From assembly GCA_042573485.1 (NCBI GenBank), contig JBHPCX010000002.1:26984-90983 (forward strand): a DNA stretch of 64,000 nucleotides, read 5' to 3'. Position numbers and translations under genes: made by a program. Of the stretch, positions 47,219-55,583 are shown piece after piece. The stretch comes from Thermodesulfobacteriota bacterium (GTDB lineage Bacteria > Desulfobacterota > DSM-4660 > Desulfatiglandales > HGW-15). The notes under the pieces are model-generated. The model saw only the letters and a program-made list of their open reading frames with translations, was not told the DNA's origin and ran no database searches. The first letter of the stretch is position 1. Each line of letters opens with the position of its first letter.

Positions 47219-47869
47219 TTATACTGTTATCTTTTTTAAATCTATTGTTAGTATATATTGGTTTTCACATGGAATTTTTAAAAGAGAAAAACCAAGCTGC
47301 CGGGCCAGAGAGAGCATGTGAATGTTTTCCGCTAATACATAACCACTCATTCTTTCAATATTTTTATCCCGTGCAATCATGATGAGATTTTCCAATAGGG
47401 CCCTTCCAATACCTTTTCCTTGATATTCATCACGTACAACCACTGCAAATTCTGTGTCTAATTGAAAAGGATTAAACATGTATCTGGTAACTCCCAATAT
47501 TTTATCATTTGAATCACTTTGATCTAAGGCTACAAGCGCCATATCCCTATGATAGTCAATCTGTGTAAATCTGGTTAACATGTCATGTGACAATTCCTTT
47601 AAGGGGCTGAAAAATCGATAATATATAGTTTTTGGTGACAGTGCCTTGAATAGGTCGATTAACATGGACACATCTCCCTTTTTAATCGGGCGTATAAATA
47701 CTTCTATCCCTGTTCTGGTAATAACTTTTTTCTCATATTGAAGTGGATATGAACTAATTGCCATATGATCTTGAAAGGCTGCCTTATGCTCTCCATAATT
47801 TGTATACTCATCATATGTTGTTGAATGTGTTTTCAATTTAATAGCCCTATTATTTTCATTTAGAGTCAA
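47219..47869 (-). CDS. GNAT acetyltransferase resembling the C-terminal domain of Pat-type protein acetyltransferases
   Basis: 216 aa with IRPIKKGD...YYRFFSP...SHDMLTRFTQIDYHRDMALVA and the acetyl-CoA loop QGKGIGRAL. The TTG start overlaps the upstream stop. An internal ATG at 47764 is an alternative start. Confidence 0.65.
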   Translation of the reverse strand: MTLNENNRAIKLKTHSTTYDEYTNYGEHKAAFQDHMAISSYPLQYEKKVITRTGIEVFIRPIKKGDVSMLIDLFKALSPKTIYYRFFSPLKELSHDMLTRFTQIDYHRDMALVALDQSDSNDKILGVTRYMFNPFQLDTEFAVVVRDEYQGKGIGRALLENLIMIARDKNIERMSGYVLAENIHMLSLARQLGFSLLKIPCENQYILTIDLKKITV

Positions 47870-48111
47870 TCTTTATCAAACTTTTCAACTTCTATTATAT
47901 CCACGTTATCTCTTTTGACTTTTTTTCCCCTGATTACTACTTTTTCATGTAATAAAGCCAACAAGCGTCTGCCAGTTTTATCCATTAGGACCGGAGATTC
48001 CATCTCATCATATCGGGCTATGGCAATGCCTGTAACAATTCCATCCTTATCCCACCTGGACGGAACAACTATGCCTTTGAATGTTATTAAATTAGTGCAT
48101 CCACTTTTCAT
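47866..48111 (-). CDS. Small protein, third paralog of the 26374/26880 core domain
   Basis: The track ORF starts at GTG 48129. The ATG at 48111 gives 81 aa: MKSGCTNLITFKGIVVPSRWDKDGIVTGIAIARYDEMESPVLMDKTGRRLLALLHEKVVIRGKKVKRDNVDIIEVEKFDKD. Confidence 0.55.
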   Translation of the reverse strand: MKSGCTNLITFKGIVVPSRWDKDGIVTGIAIARYDEMESPVLMDKTGRRLLALLHEKVVIRGKKVKRDNVDIIEVEKFDKD

Positions 48112-48164
48112 CACAAATTCACTCACCACAATAAATCATCTGTTTTTTACCATGAAAATATTAA

Positions 48165-48180
48165 AGCAATACCCATGCCA
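48165..48180 (-). promoter_or_regulatory. Sigma-54 (-24/-12) promoter
   Basis: The minus strand reads TGGCAT-gggta-TTGCT. It lies about 43-55 nt upstream of the small-protein start. Confidence 0.6.
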
Positions 48181-48228
48181 GATCATAACTTATTGTTTTA
48201 ATTGGAGTATTAATTTAAATGAATTGTG

Positions 48229-48255
48229 ACAACAGGAATGGAGATGCCCTGTTGT
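48229..48255. promoter_or_regulatory. Candidate activator-binding site (inverted repeat ACAACAGG-N11-CCTGTTGT)
   Basis: Centred about 61 bp upstream of the -24 GG of the 48165-48180 promoter. It contains GGAATGGAGA, which is also found at 49982-49991. Confidence 0.35.
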
Positions 48256-48403
48256 GCTAATTATTCCTTTTATCAGGGCATTGAATACAGGTAATCTCTG
48301 CTCTAGCTTTTTGAATTTAAAGAAGAAATAAGGATTGAAGAACTCTAAGTTCCTGTGTTTGGAATGAAAGAATTTATAGTTCTCTTAATAATTGAAATTG
48401 CGC

Positions 48404-49801
48404 TTATTTAAATTGCTCTTTTTTAATGCCATATTTCGACATCAGCTTATTAAGTTGACGCGTTGTAATTCCTGCTGTTCCCGCTGAAATTTTAACCTTC
48501 CCCTTGTTCTGTGACAATAACTCAACAAGATACATTCGTTCAAAACTCTCAACTGCTCTTCGTCTTGCATCGGAAAGTGTCATCGATGTGTTTAAAGGTA
48601 CACTACCTGTGTGCCCTCTGTTTTCAAAAAGTTCCGTGGGAAAACTCTCCGTTGTAAGTTGAGGAGTAACTTCAAGAATATAAGCTCTCTCTATGAGGTT
48701 CTCCAGCTCTCTTATATTGCCAGGCCATGAATAGCATATCAGGGCATCAATAACATCCGGATGAACCTGGGAGATATCTTTATTGTAAAATTTATTTAGC
48801 TTTGTGAGGAATATTTCAGCAAGGTTGGGGATATCTTCAATGCGTTCTCTCAAAGGAGGCACTTCAATAGGAAAAACGTTCAACCGATAATATAGGTCAT
48901 TTCTGAATGTTCCATCATCACACATCTTTTTTAAATCTACATTGGAAGCAGCTATTATCCTTGCATCACTTTTTCTGACATCCTCCCCCCCTACTCTTTG
49001 AAATACACCTTCCTGAAGAACCTGGAGAAGTTTGATCTGTGCTGCTGAAGTTATAGTGCCTACCTCGTCCAGGAAGATAGTCCCCCCGCTCGCGATTTCA
49101 AATTTCCCAAGTTTTCGTTTTACTGCCCCGGTAAATGAACCCTTTTCATGGCCGAAAAATTCACTCTCTAGTAGAGTATCAGGGATTGCTCCACAGTGAA
49201 TACTTATAAATTGGGCATCTCTGCGGTTGCTGTGGCGGTGAATGACGTTAGCGATAACTCCTTTACCCGTACCGGTTTCCCCGGTAATTAAAACCGTACT
49301 TTTTGTTGGAGCCACAGCTTTTACTTTATCATAGACCTTTATCATGGCTGGATTGTTTGTGTGGACTGTTTTTAACCATTCAGGGCTCCAGAATTCGCCC
49401 CGAAGATAATCGAGCTCAGATTCAATGATTAGGGATTTATTGACACTATAAATAACATGCCTGACTTCCTCCGGATCTAAAGGATATGTCAAGTAATCAA
49501 AAGCACCCATCTTAATCAGCTGTACAGCATATCTGACTTCCTGCTGAGGAGTCATTACAACTATTGGCATCGTTGGATAAAGATTTAAAAAAGGGTTCAA
49601 TATTTCTTTACTTGTTAGATCATCAGAAGTTTCACGAAGTACTGCCAAATCAATAAAGAATAAATCCGGCCGTTTTTTATTGAGAAGTGATATTGCCTCA
49701 TTGCTTGAATAGGATTCTTGTATATGGAATTCTGTTCCCAGATCTGGCTTAATCGGGCTTATAATATCCTTAGAAGAAGCAGCAATTAGTATTGATTTCA
49801 T
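48404..49801 (-). CDS. Sigma-54-dependent transcriptional activator (NtrC-family: receiver, AAA+ and HTH domains)
   Basis: Walker A GETGTGKG, ESEFFGHEKGSFTGA (the GAFTGA loop), and a C-terminal Fis-type HTH. I prefer the ATG at 49801 (RBS GGAGAG) over the track TTG at 49813. Confidence 0.85.
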   Translation of the reverse strand: MKSILIAASSKDIISPIKPDLGTEFHIQESYSSNEAISLLNKKRPDLFFIDLAVLRETSDDLTSKEILNPFLNLYPTMPIVVMTPQQEVRYAVQLIKMGAFDYLTYPLDPEEVRHVIYSVNKSLIIESELDYLRGEFWSPEWLKTVHTNNPAMIKVYDKVKAVAPTKSTVLITGETGTGKGVIANVIHRHSNRRDAQFISIHCGAIPDTLLESEFFGHEKGSFTGAVKRKLGKFEIASGGTIFLDEVGTITSAAQIKLLQVLQEGVFQRVGGEDVRKSDARIIAASNVDLKKMCDDGTFRNDLYYRLNVFPIEVPPLRERIEDIPNLAEIFLTKLNKFYNKDISQVHPDVIDALICYSWPGNIRELENLIERAYILEVTPQLTTESFPTELFENRGHTGSVPLNTSMTLSDARRRAVESFERMYLVELLSQNKGKVKISAGTAGITTRQLNKLMSKYGIKKEQFK

Positions 49802-49980
49802 TACACTCTCCAAAATTCCATATTATGCATAAGATTCTTTTTAAAAAAGAACCACCGGTTCCCACACATATCAATAAAGAACTGCCGATTCCGTCTTGCC
49901 AATTGTTTTTTTATTTTAACAGGTTACATAGTATTACCAAAATAAAATAATTATATCAATAACCAGTTAGACAATAACGC

Positions 49981-49997
49981 GGGAATGGAGAGTTCCC
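49981..49997. promoter_or_regulatory. Candidate activator-binding site (GGGAA-N7-TTCCC, contains GGAATGGAGA)
   Basis: Centred about 63 bp upstream of the -24 GG of the hsp20 promoter. Confidence 0.3.
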
Positions 49998-50049
49998 ATC
50001 AAAATAATGACTGGAAGATTATTTTCAGTAATTTCAAATAGTTATTTTT

Positions 50050-50065
50050 TGGCATGATCCATGCT
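50050..50065 (+). promoter_or_regulatory. Sigma-54 (-24/-12) promoter
   Basis: TGGCAT-gatcc-ATGCT with correct GG-N10-GC spacing, about 83 nt upstream of the hsp20 ATG. Confidence 0.5.
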
Positions 50066-50147
50066 TTTCCAAAAGTTAAATCTTCATTGTTAAATGATGA
50101 AATTGCCCGGGGACGGCAAAATAACAGAAATCAGGAGGTATCATATT

Positions 50148-50591
50148 ATGGAATTAATGCCTTGGAGACCAGCGGGAGGATTAACCTCTTTGAGAAGAGA
50201 AATGGATGATTTGTGGAGCCGCTTTTTCAATAATGCTCCGGTTATCGGTCAGTTTGAAGGAGAATGGACCCCTTCTGTGGATGTAACAGAAACAAAAGAT
50301 AGCTTCATAGTCAAAGCAGAACTGCCCGGTCTTGAAGCAAAAGACATAAATGTGAGTCTCACTGGAAACCTTTTAACAATTAAGGGAGAAAAGAAAAAAG
50401 AAAAAGATGAAAAAGATGAAAACCATCACTATGTGGAACGTTATTACGGCTCTTTTCAGCGTTCCTTTCAACTTCCTGCAAATATCAAATCAGGCAAGAT
50501 CGATGCGTCATTTGATAAAGGAGTATTGAAGGTAACGCTTCCGAAAACAGAGGACGCCAAGAAAAAAGAAATAAAGATAAATGTTAAGTAG
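50148..50591 (+). CDS. Small heat-shock protein (Hsp20 / alpha-crystallin family)
   Basis: I prefer the ATG at 50148 with RBS AGGAGG. The alpha-crystallin domain includes PSVDVTETKDSFIVKAELPGL and GVLKVTLPK. Confidence 0.85.
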   Translation: MELMPWRPAGGLTSLRREMDDLWSRFFNNAPVIGQFEGEWTPSVDVTETKDSFIVKAELPGLEAKDINVSLTGNLLTIKGEKKKEKDEKDENHHYVERYYGSFQRSFQLPANIKSGKIDASFDKGVLKVTLPKTEDAKKKEIKINVK

Positions 50592-50848
50592 AGATTCAAA
50601 ACATCCCCGGGCAATTCTAATTTGCAGGCATAAAATAGCACATAAAACTATTGATAATTTTAGTCTCTAATACTTATTGAAAAATAGAGATCATGTTTTT
50701 TATTCCCAGGTTTTTTTAATGCGCGTGAATCTTTTCATGGGGTTCTCTTCCAAAATTATTATGGGAGAGCAGCTCTTGAAAATATAACGCATTCAGGGTT
50801 GCCTGATTTGAAAAAACTTACATTAATAAAGTTATAAAGGAGCTCGTC

Positions 50849-51253
50849 ATGACCATAAATGCAGGTATCTGGATTGATCAGGAAAAAGCCTGTGTTGTTA
50901 AACTCGAGGATGGGAAAGTAAGGTTTAAGATGATTGAATCGAATGTTGAAAAACACATAAGGCTATCCGGTGGCGCTCGCTCAAAAAGTCCTTACGGCCC
51001 CCAGGATATTGCATCCGAAAGAAAAGCGGAAGAGAGAAGAAGGCACCAATTAACCCGTTTTTTCCGTGAGGTCATTAGATATATTGAAGATGCAAATAAA
51101 CTTCTTATCATGGGCCCTGGTGAAGCAAAAAAGATACTCAACAAAGAAATCGTAAAGATAAAAAGTCTATCATCTATGAGGGTTATAGTTGAAACTGCAG
51201 ATAAAATGACCGAGAGGCAATTAATCGCAAAAATAAAAAATTTTTACCTTTAA
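50849..51253 (+). CDS. Hypothetical 134-aa protein with a host-attachment / bacterial aeRF1-like pattern
   Basis: RBS AAGGAG. N-terminus GIWIDQEKACVVKLEDGK, and C-terminal LLIMGPGEAKKILNKEI resembling the GPG motif of Pelota/eRF1-related folds. The family call is tentative. Confidence 0.35.
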   Translation: MTINAGIWIDQEKACVVKLEDGKVRFKMIESNVEKHIRLSGGARSKSPYGPQDIASERKAEERRRHQLTRFFREVIRYIEDANKLLIMGPGEAKKILNKEIVKIKSLSSMRVIVETADKMTERQLIAKIKNFYL

Positions 51254-51317
51254 TAATTTGCTCTAAATACTCAGATTTCATTTACATAACAGATGGTCTG
51301 CATAAGGGAATAAAAGA

Positions 51318-52670
51318 ATGATTGATAAAACCCTGAAAAAGCTTAAAGATTTTCTTTCCGAATCTGAAGTAGTCGGCTTAAAGAAATTCTTGAAATACCT
51401 GGGCTCTAATGAAACTGCCCTCACCATCTCACGGCTGTCTACACAGGAACAGAATAAACTTCTCACAACACTGGATCCGCCAGATGCTGCTAATGTCATA
51501 AAAAAGGTATCAGATAAACAGGCAGTAAATCTTATCGCGGATCTCCCGATAGAAAATGCAGCAGCAATAGTTGATGAAATCCCGAGTGACAAGAAGGCAG
51601 CCATTCTCAGGCAAATGGGCAAGAAGGATGCAGAAGTAATCCTTGAAGAAATGAAACCTGATGTGGCAGAGGATGTCAGGAAATTATTAAAATATGACCA
51701 GGATACGGCGGGAGGCCTGATGATCTCGGAGTATGTAGCCTACGAAGAACAAAATCTTGTAAGCCAGGTACTACATGATTTACAGAACAACCGGGATAAA
51801 TATAAAAATTATAATGTACTATATCTATATGTAACGGATAGTAGCGGAAAGCTTACCGGTGTGCTTCGAATGCATGATCTTTTATTTAAACCAGATAATA
51901 TGATCTTGAAAGAATTCATGATTACAAAACCACATTGTATAAAAAACACTGCCAGTCTTGGTAAACTTCGTGAATTTTTTAGTGAACACAAATTATTTGG
52001 TGTACCGGTTGTTGATTCAGAAAAAAGATTAATAGGTGTGGTTCGCCCAAAAGCCGTTGAGGAAGCTTATCACAAACAGGCTGACAGGCAATTTCTGGGT
52101 TTCAGCGGGATTATTGGTGGTGATGAATTCAGAACCATGCCGCTAGTCTCAAGATCAAGAAGACGATTGTCCTGGCTTAGTATAAATATATTTCTGAATG
52201 TCCTCGCGGCAAGCGTTATAGCCTATTATCAGGATACCCTGTCGGCCGTAATTGTCCTTGCTGTATTTCTGCCAATGATAAGTGATATGAGCGGCTGCTC
52301 GGGCAACCAGGCCGTAGCTGTGAGTATGCGGGAATTAACACTTGGTCTTATTCGGCCGAAGGAGATTTTCCGTGTAATTTCAAAAGAGGCCTGGCTTGGA
52401 GTAATAAACGGCCTGGCCCTTGGAATTCTTTTAGGTTTAATTACATTCATATGGAAAGGAAATCCATATTTAGGTATAGTTGTAGGTTGTGCCTTAATGG
52501 TCAATACTGTAATTTCAGTTGTAATGGGAGGTTGTCTGCCGTTAATCCTTAAATCGGTAAAATTAGATCCGGCTCTTGTTTCAAGTCCCATACTGACAAC
52601 AATAACAGATATGTGCGGTTTTTTTCTTGTATTAAGCTTTGCCACGGTTCTGCTATCGAAACTCTCGTAG
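51318..52670 (+). CDS. mgtE: Magnesium transporter MgtE
   Basis: 450 aa with an N-domain, a CBS pair, and a TM domain carrying PMISDMSGCSGNQ and ITTITDMCGF. Confidence 0.85.
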   Translation: MIDKTLKKLKDFLSESEVVGLKKFLKYLGSNETALTISRLSTQEQNKLLTTLDPPDAANVIKKVSDKQAVNLIADLPIENAAAIVDEIPSDKKAAILRQMGKKDAEVILEEMKPDVAEDVRKLLKYDQDTAGGLMISEYVAYEEQNLVSQVLHDLQNNRDKYKNYNVLYLYVTDSSGKLTGVLRMHDLLFKPDNMILKEFMITKPHCIKNTASLGKLREFFSEHKLFGVPVVDSEKRLIGVVRPKAVEEAYHKQADRQFLGFSGIIGGDEFRTMPLVSRSRRRLSWLSINIFLNVLAASVIAYYQDTLSAVIVLAVFLPMISDMSGCSGNQAVAVSMRELTLGLIRPKEIFRVISKEAWLGVINGLALGILLGLITFIWKGNPYLGIVVGCALMVNTVISVVMGGCLPLILKSVKLDPALVSSPILTTITDMCGFFLVLSFATVLLSKLS

Positions 52671-52731
52671 AATTGTGGCTGATTAGATATATTTGACGGG
52701 GAAAGCAAAGAACTGCCCCGGGGAGATTAAA

Positions 52732-52956
52732 ATGAAAGACAGATCAATGATTTGCATCCAGTGCGGCAATCAATTCATTTTGACTTTTAATGAGCAGGAG
52801 AAGCTTCTGGCTCGTGGTTTCAGTTTTCCAAAACGTTGTTCTGAATGCAGAAAACACAAATCCCGTACTACTCGTGATGCACACGAAGAATGGTATTACA
52901 TGCGGAAGAACAAACAATCAAGAAGGGAAAAGAACTTCTTCGAAGAAACGATGTGA
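52732..52956 (+). CDS. Small zinc-ribbon protein (CxxC...RCxxC type)
   Basis: I prefer the ATG at 52732 (RBS GGGGAG). Sequence MKDRSMICIQCGNQFILTFNEQEKLLARGFSFPKRCSECRK. Confidence 0.5.
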   Translation: MKDRSMICIQCGNQFILTFNEQEKLLARGFSFPKRCSECRKHKSRTTRDAHEEWYYMRKNKQSRREKNFFEETM

Positions 52957-53072
52957 ATAAATTTTCTAAAATTGATTTTTAGATTCATAAATTAAGTGCT
53001 TGTATTATAGCAATACATTCAAGGATAAGTCATCACTATCCTTCAGATCAGTGATTGAAAAAGGTTATTGAT

Positions 53073-53933
53073 ATGAGAGCCTGTTTTAAGCAATTTTGTG
53101 TCATACTATTTAATATTGTTTTAATTACCGCTGGCAGTGTTTTATGTGCCATGGCGGTAAATTGTATCCTGATTCCACATAATTTTTTTGGAGCTGGCTT
53201 TACAGGCATTTCAATTGTCCTCCATTATATTTTCCCATTTCTACCCGTGTCACTAATTTATTTTGTCATAAATATACCTGTTTTCTCTCTTGGCTGGATG
53301 AGTGTTGGCCGAAGTTTCTTCCTGTACAGTATTGTCGGTATGGTAATCTATTCCACCACTCTGGAATATATAAATATTCCTATCACTATTCAGGATAAAA
53401 TTCCGTCTGCTCTTTTTGGAGGAATACTCATGGGTACTGGAGCAGGTCTTATACTGAAATCTATCGGTTCAGCAGGGGGTTTGGATATTTTATGTGTTAT
53501 ATTCATGAAACGGTTTTCAATAAGGCTTGGAACGACAATACTGGCATTCAATACAATAATACTGGGAACAGGTGCTATCTTATTTTCCCTGGAAGATGCA
53601 CTCTATACACTTATCTATATCTATGTTAACTCCCAGGTTGTAAACATTATGATAACAGGTCTTAATCAAAGAAAGGCCATTTATATAATTTCACCCAAAT
53701 GGAAAGAGATCTCAAAACAGATCATGGAAAATATAAAAAGGGGTGTAACTGTACTACAGGGATGGGGAGGCTATACAGGTAATGAACAGCATGTGCTCTA
53801 TTCTATAATTACATTCAGGGAACTCTCAAGGCTCAAGCCCATTATTAATCAGATTGATCCAGAGGCGCTGGTAGTAGTCAGTGAGACTCTGGAGGTTATG
53901 GGCCAGCGAATCGGAAATCAGCCACACTGGTAA
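53073..53933 (+). CDS. YitT-family membrane protein with a C-terminal DUF2179 domain
   Basis: The track start is TTG 53055. I prefer the ATG at 53073 (RBS AAAGG). It has 5-6 TM segments and a C-terminus GVTVLQGWGGYTG..VLYSIITFRELSRLK. Confidence 0.7.
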   Translation: MRACFKQFCVILFNIVLITAGSVLCAMAVNCILIPHNFFGAGFTGISIVLHYIFPFLPVSLIYFVINIPVFSLGWMSVGRSFFLYSIVGMVIYSTTLEYINIPITIQDKIPSALFGGILMGTGAGLILKSIGSAGGLDILCVIFMKRFSIRLGTTILAFNTIILGTGAILFSLEDALYTLIYIYVNSQVVNIMITGLNQRKAIYIISPKWKEISKQIMENIKRGVTVLQGWGGYTGNEQHVLYSIITFRELSRLKPIINQIDPEALVVVSETLEVMGQRIGNQPHW

Positions 53934-54086
53934 GATTTTGGGATATTTTAATACAGGCACATGTTCCATTGATTGTTAAACTCGTTAAAATCGACATATG
54001 CATTCAAGGAATTTAAGTCCGTGCCATAATAGTACAAATGGTTGTTAAACAATATTCATGAAAAATATTTATCTGGAGAACAGAAA

Positions 54087-54365
54087 ATGGTTAAAAAGAA
54101 GGAAAAAAGAAGGAGAGTCACATTTTCGCTATTCACTCCCGGAGCAAAAGATGTGCGTCTTACAGGAACATTTAACAACTGGGGTATAAATAAACATCAT
54201 ATGAAGATAAACAATGATGGGGTTTGGACGAAAACCGTTATTATAAATCCCGGAACTTATGAATATAAGTTTCTTGTTGATGATGAATGGCGGCATGATC
54301 CCACAAATGATCTTGTGACCTATAATGAATATGGAACGTTAAACAGTTTGATTGTTATAGAATAA
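54087..54365 (+). CDS. Stand-alone CBM48 / AMPK-beta-type glycogen-binding domain protein
   Basis: I prefer the ATG at 54087 (RBS GGAGAA). Sequence VTFSLFTPGAKDVRLTGTFNNW...GVWTKTVIINPGTYEYKFLVDDEWRHDP. Confidence 0.65.
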   Translation: MVKKKEKRRRVTFSLFTPGAKDVRLTGTFNNWGINKHHMKINNDGVWTKTVIINPGTYEYKFLVDDEWRHDPTNDLVTYNEYGTLNSLIVIE

Positions 54366-54489
54366 TTCCGGGATTTAAACCAAGTAAATGTCAACAGTGT
54401 TTTTTTATTAATCCATAGGTTCGGTAAATGCTGGTTTTTTCGACCTTATAATTCGCATCTGGTAGCCATGTGGCAAATTATCTGCTTAT

Positions 54490-54708
54490 TTATTCATAGT
54501 CTTCCTCATCATCTTTACTAAAAAAACCAGATTTAATAAACCATCCCGCTATTATTCCTATAGCTAGAAATATAAGCATGAGTAAGACACGCGACATGGC
54601 TATTGTCCAGAAAAAGATCTGAACCTCGACAACTGCAGCATTCTGGATAATGAAAATAACAACCAGGCATGCTGCGAATATTGCTATCAGGCGTTTATAG
54701 CTACTCAT
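54490..54708 (-). CDS. LapA/DUF1049-like small membrane protein
   Basis: 72 aa with two TM helices and IIQNAAVVEVQIFFW. Confidence 0.45.
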   Translation of the reverse strand: MSSYKRLIAIFAACLVVIFIIQNAAVVEVQIFFWTIAMSRVLLMLIFLAIGIIAGWFIKSGFFSKDDEEDYE

Positions 54709-55281
54709 CTCAATCCTCCCTTTTTAATCTTTCCTCATTAATATCATCTCTGTGATCATGAAATCCAACACTGTTACTTCCAAAAGCCCCAATGTTACAT
54801 TTACACACTACGAGAAACAGAACTGCTGGGTTTGATTCTGTAAAGCCTGACTAAATAATTACATTTCAGGTTTTTTTCTCTCTTATGCCGGGCCTGAAAT
54901 ATTAAATAGCTCAACACTTCCAATAAGTTACAGCAATAAATATGCCATTAACCATAACAGTTTGATATCGTTTAAATTTATATAATACGGAATTTAAAAT
55001 GTTGGATAAAAAGAACTTAAGGTTCTTGTTTTGGTGAATAAGTTCTTAAATAAACCACTTCACTACAAGTGAATAAGGGCGTTTTAATCCAATGCTCAAA
55101 ATGTGTGTAATCGTAGACATCGTACAACTTCTCCAAACTTTAGACCGCATGCAATCAATTGGTGATATATAATGACTTAGGTTACAAATACTAATAGTTA
55201 TTAACAGTTTTCCGACTTTCCCAAGGGCTACAGATACCCTGATTAAGTGTAACTTTCTCCTGAAGGGTAAAGAAGTTAATT

Positions 55282-55319
55282 TGTGTCCAAAATGTGACCA
55301 TTTTGTGATTAAATGTGAC
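55282..55319 (+). repeat. Four helically phased direct repeats TGTGTC / TGTGAC / TGTGAT / TGTGAC (spacing 11, 11 and 10 bp)
   Basis: ttTGTGTCcaaaaTGTGACcatttTGTGATtaaaTGTGACa in a non-coding gap. The same hexamer pair occurs at 25528-25543. Confidence 0.45.
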
Positions 55320-55383
55320 AAAAAATACTTTATATTTTCTTTATATTATTTATACAACTCAAGCGCGGTAAATTCAGGTAGTT

Positions 55384-55422
55384 AAGGGATTCGATTTAGT
55401 TGTTGGAATCCCTTTTTTCTTC
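55384..55422 (+). terminator. Orphan intrinsic terminator hairpin (no upstream plus-strand ORF)
   Basis: AAGGGATTC-13 nt loop-GAATCCCTT followed by TTTTCTTCTTTTT. It lies 65 nt downstream of the phased repeats and 160 nt upstream of the 55584 ATG. Confidence 0.5.
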
Positions 55423-55583
55423 TTTTTCCTCTTGCTTTTTAAGCCTTTTGATTCTAATCATTAATAATCGTTTTAAAACGGACAAAATATACTGCCTTTA
55501 GATCCATTATCAACTTATTATTTTTTTAGGCTATCCTTTAGTATCTTATTTAATTTAAAGAACTTACTAAGAAGGAGCTTCTT

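Noticed and set aside
51278-51622. 114-aa minus-strand ORF
   Set aside because: It is antisense to the 5-prime part of mgtE, is Ser/Ala/Leu-rich, and is a shadow ORF.
55046-55321. 91-aa minus-strand ORF
   Set aside because: Its N-terminus (MSHLITKWSHFGHK) is simply the translation of the phased TGTGAC repeats. It has no RBS and lies in an AT-rich non-coding gap.
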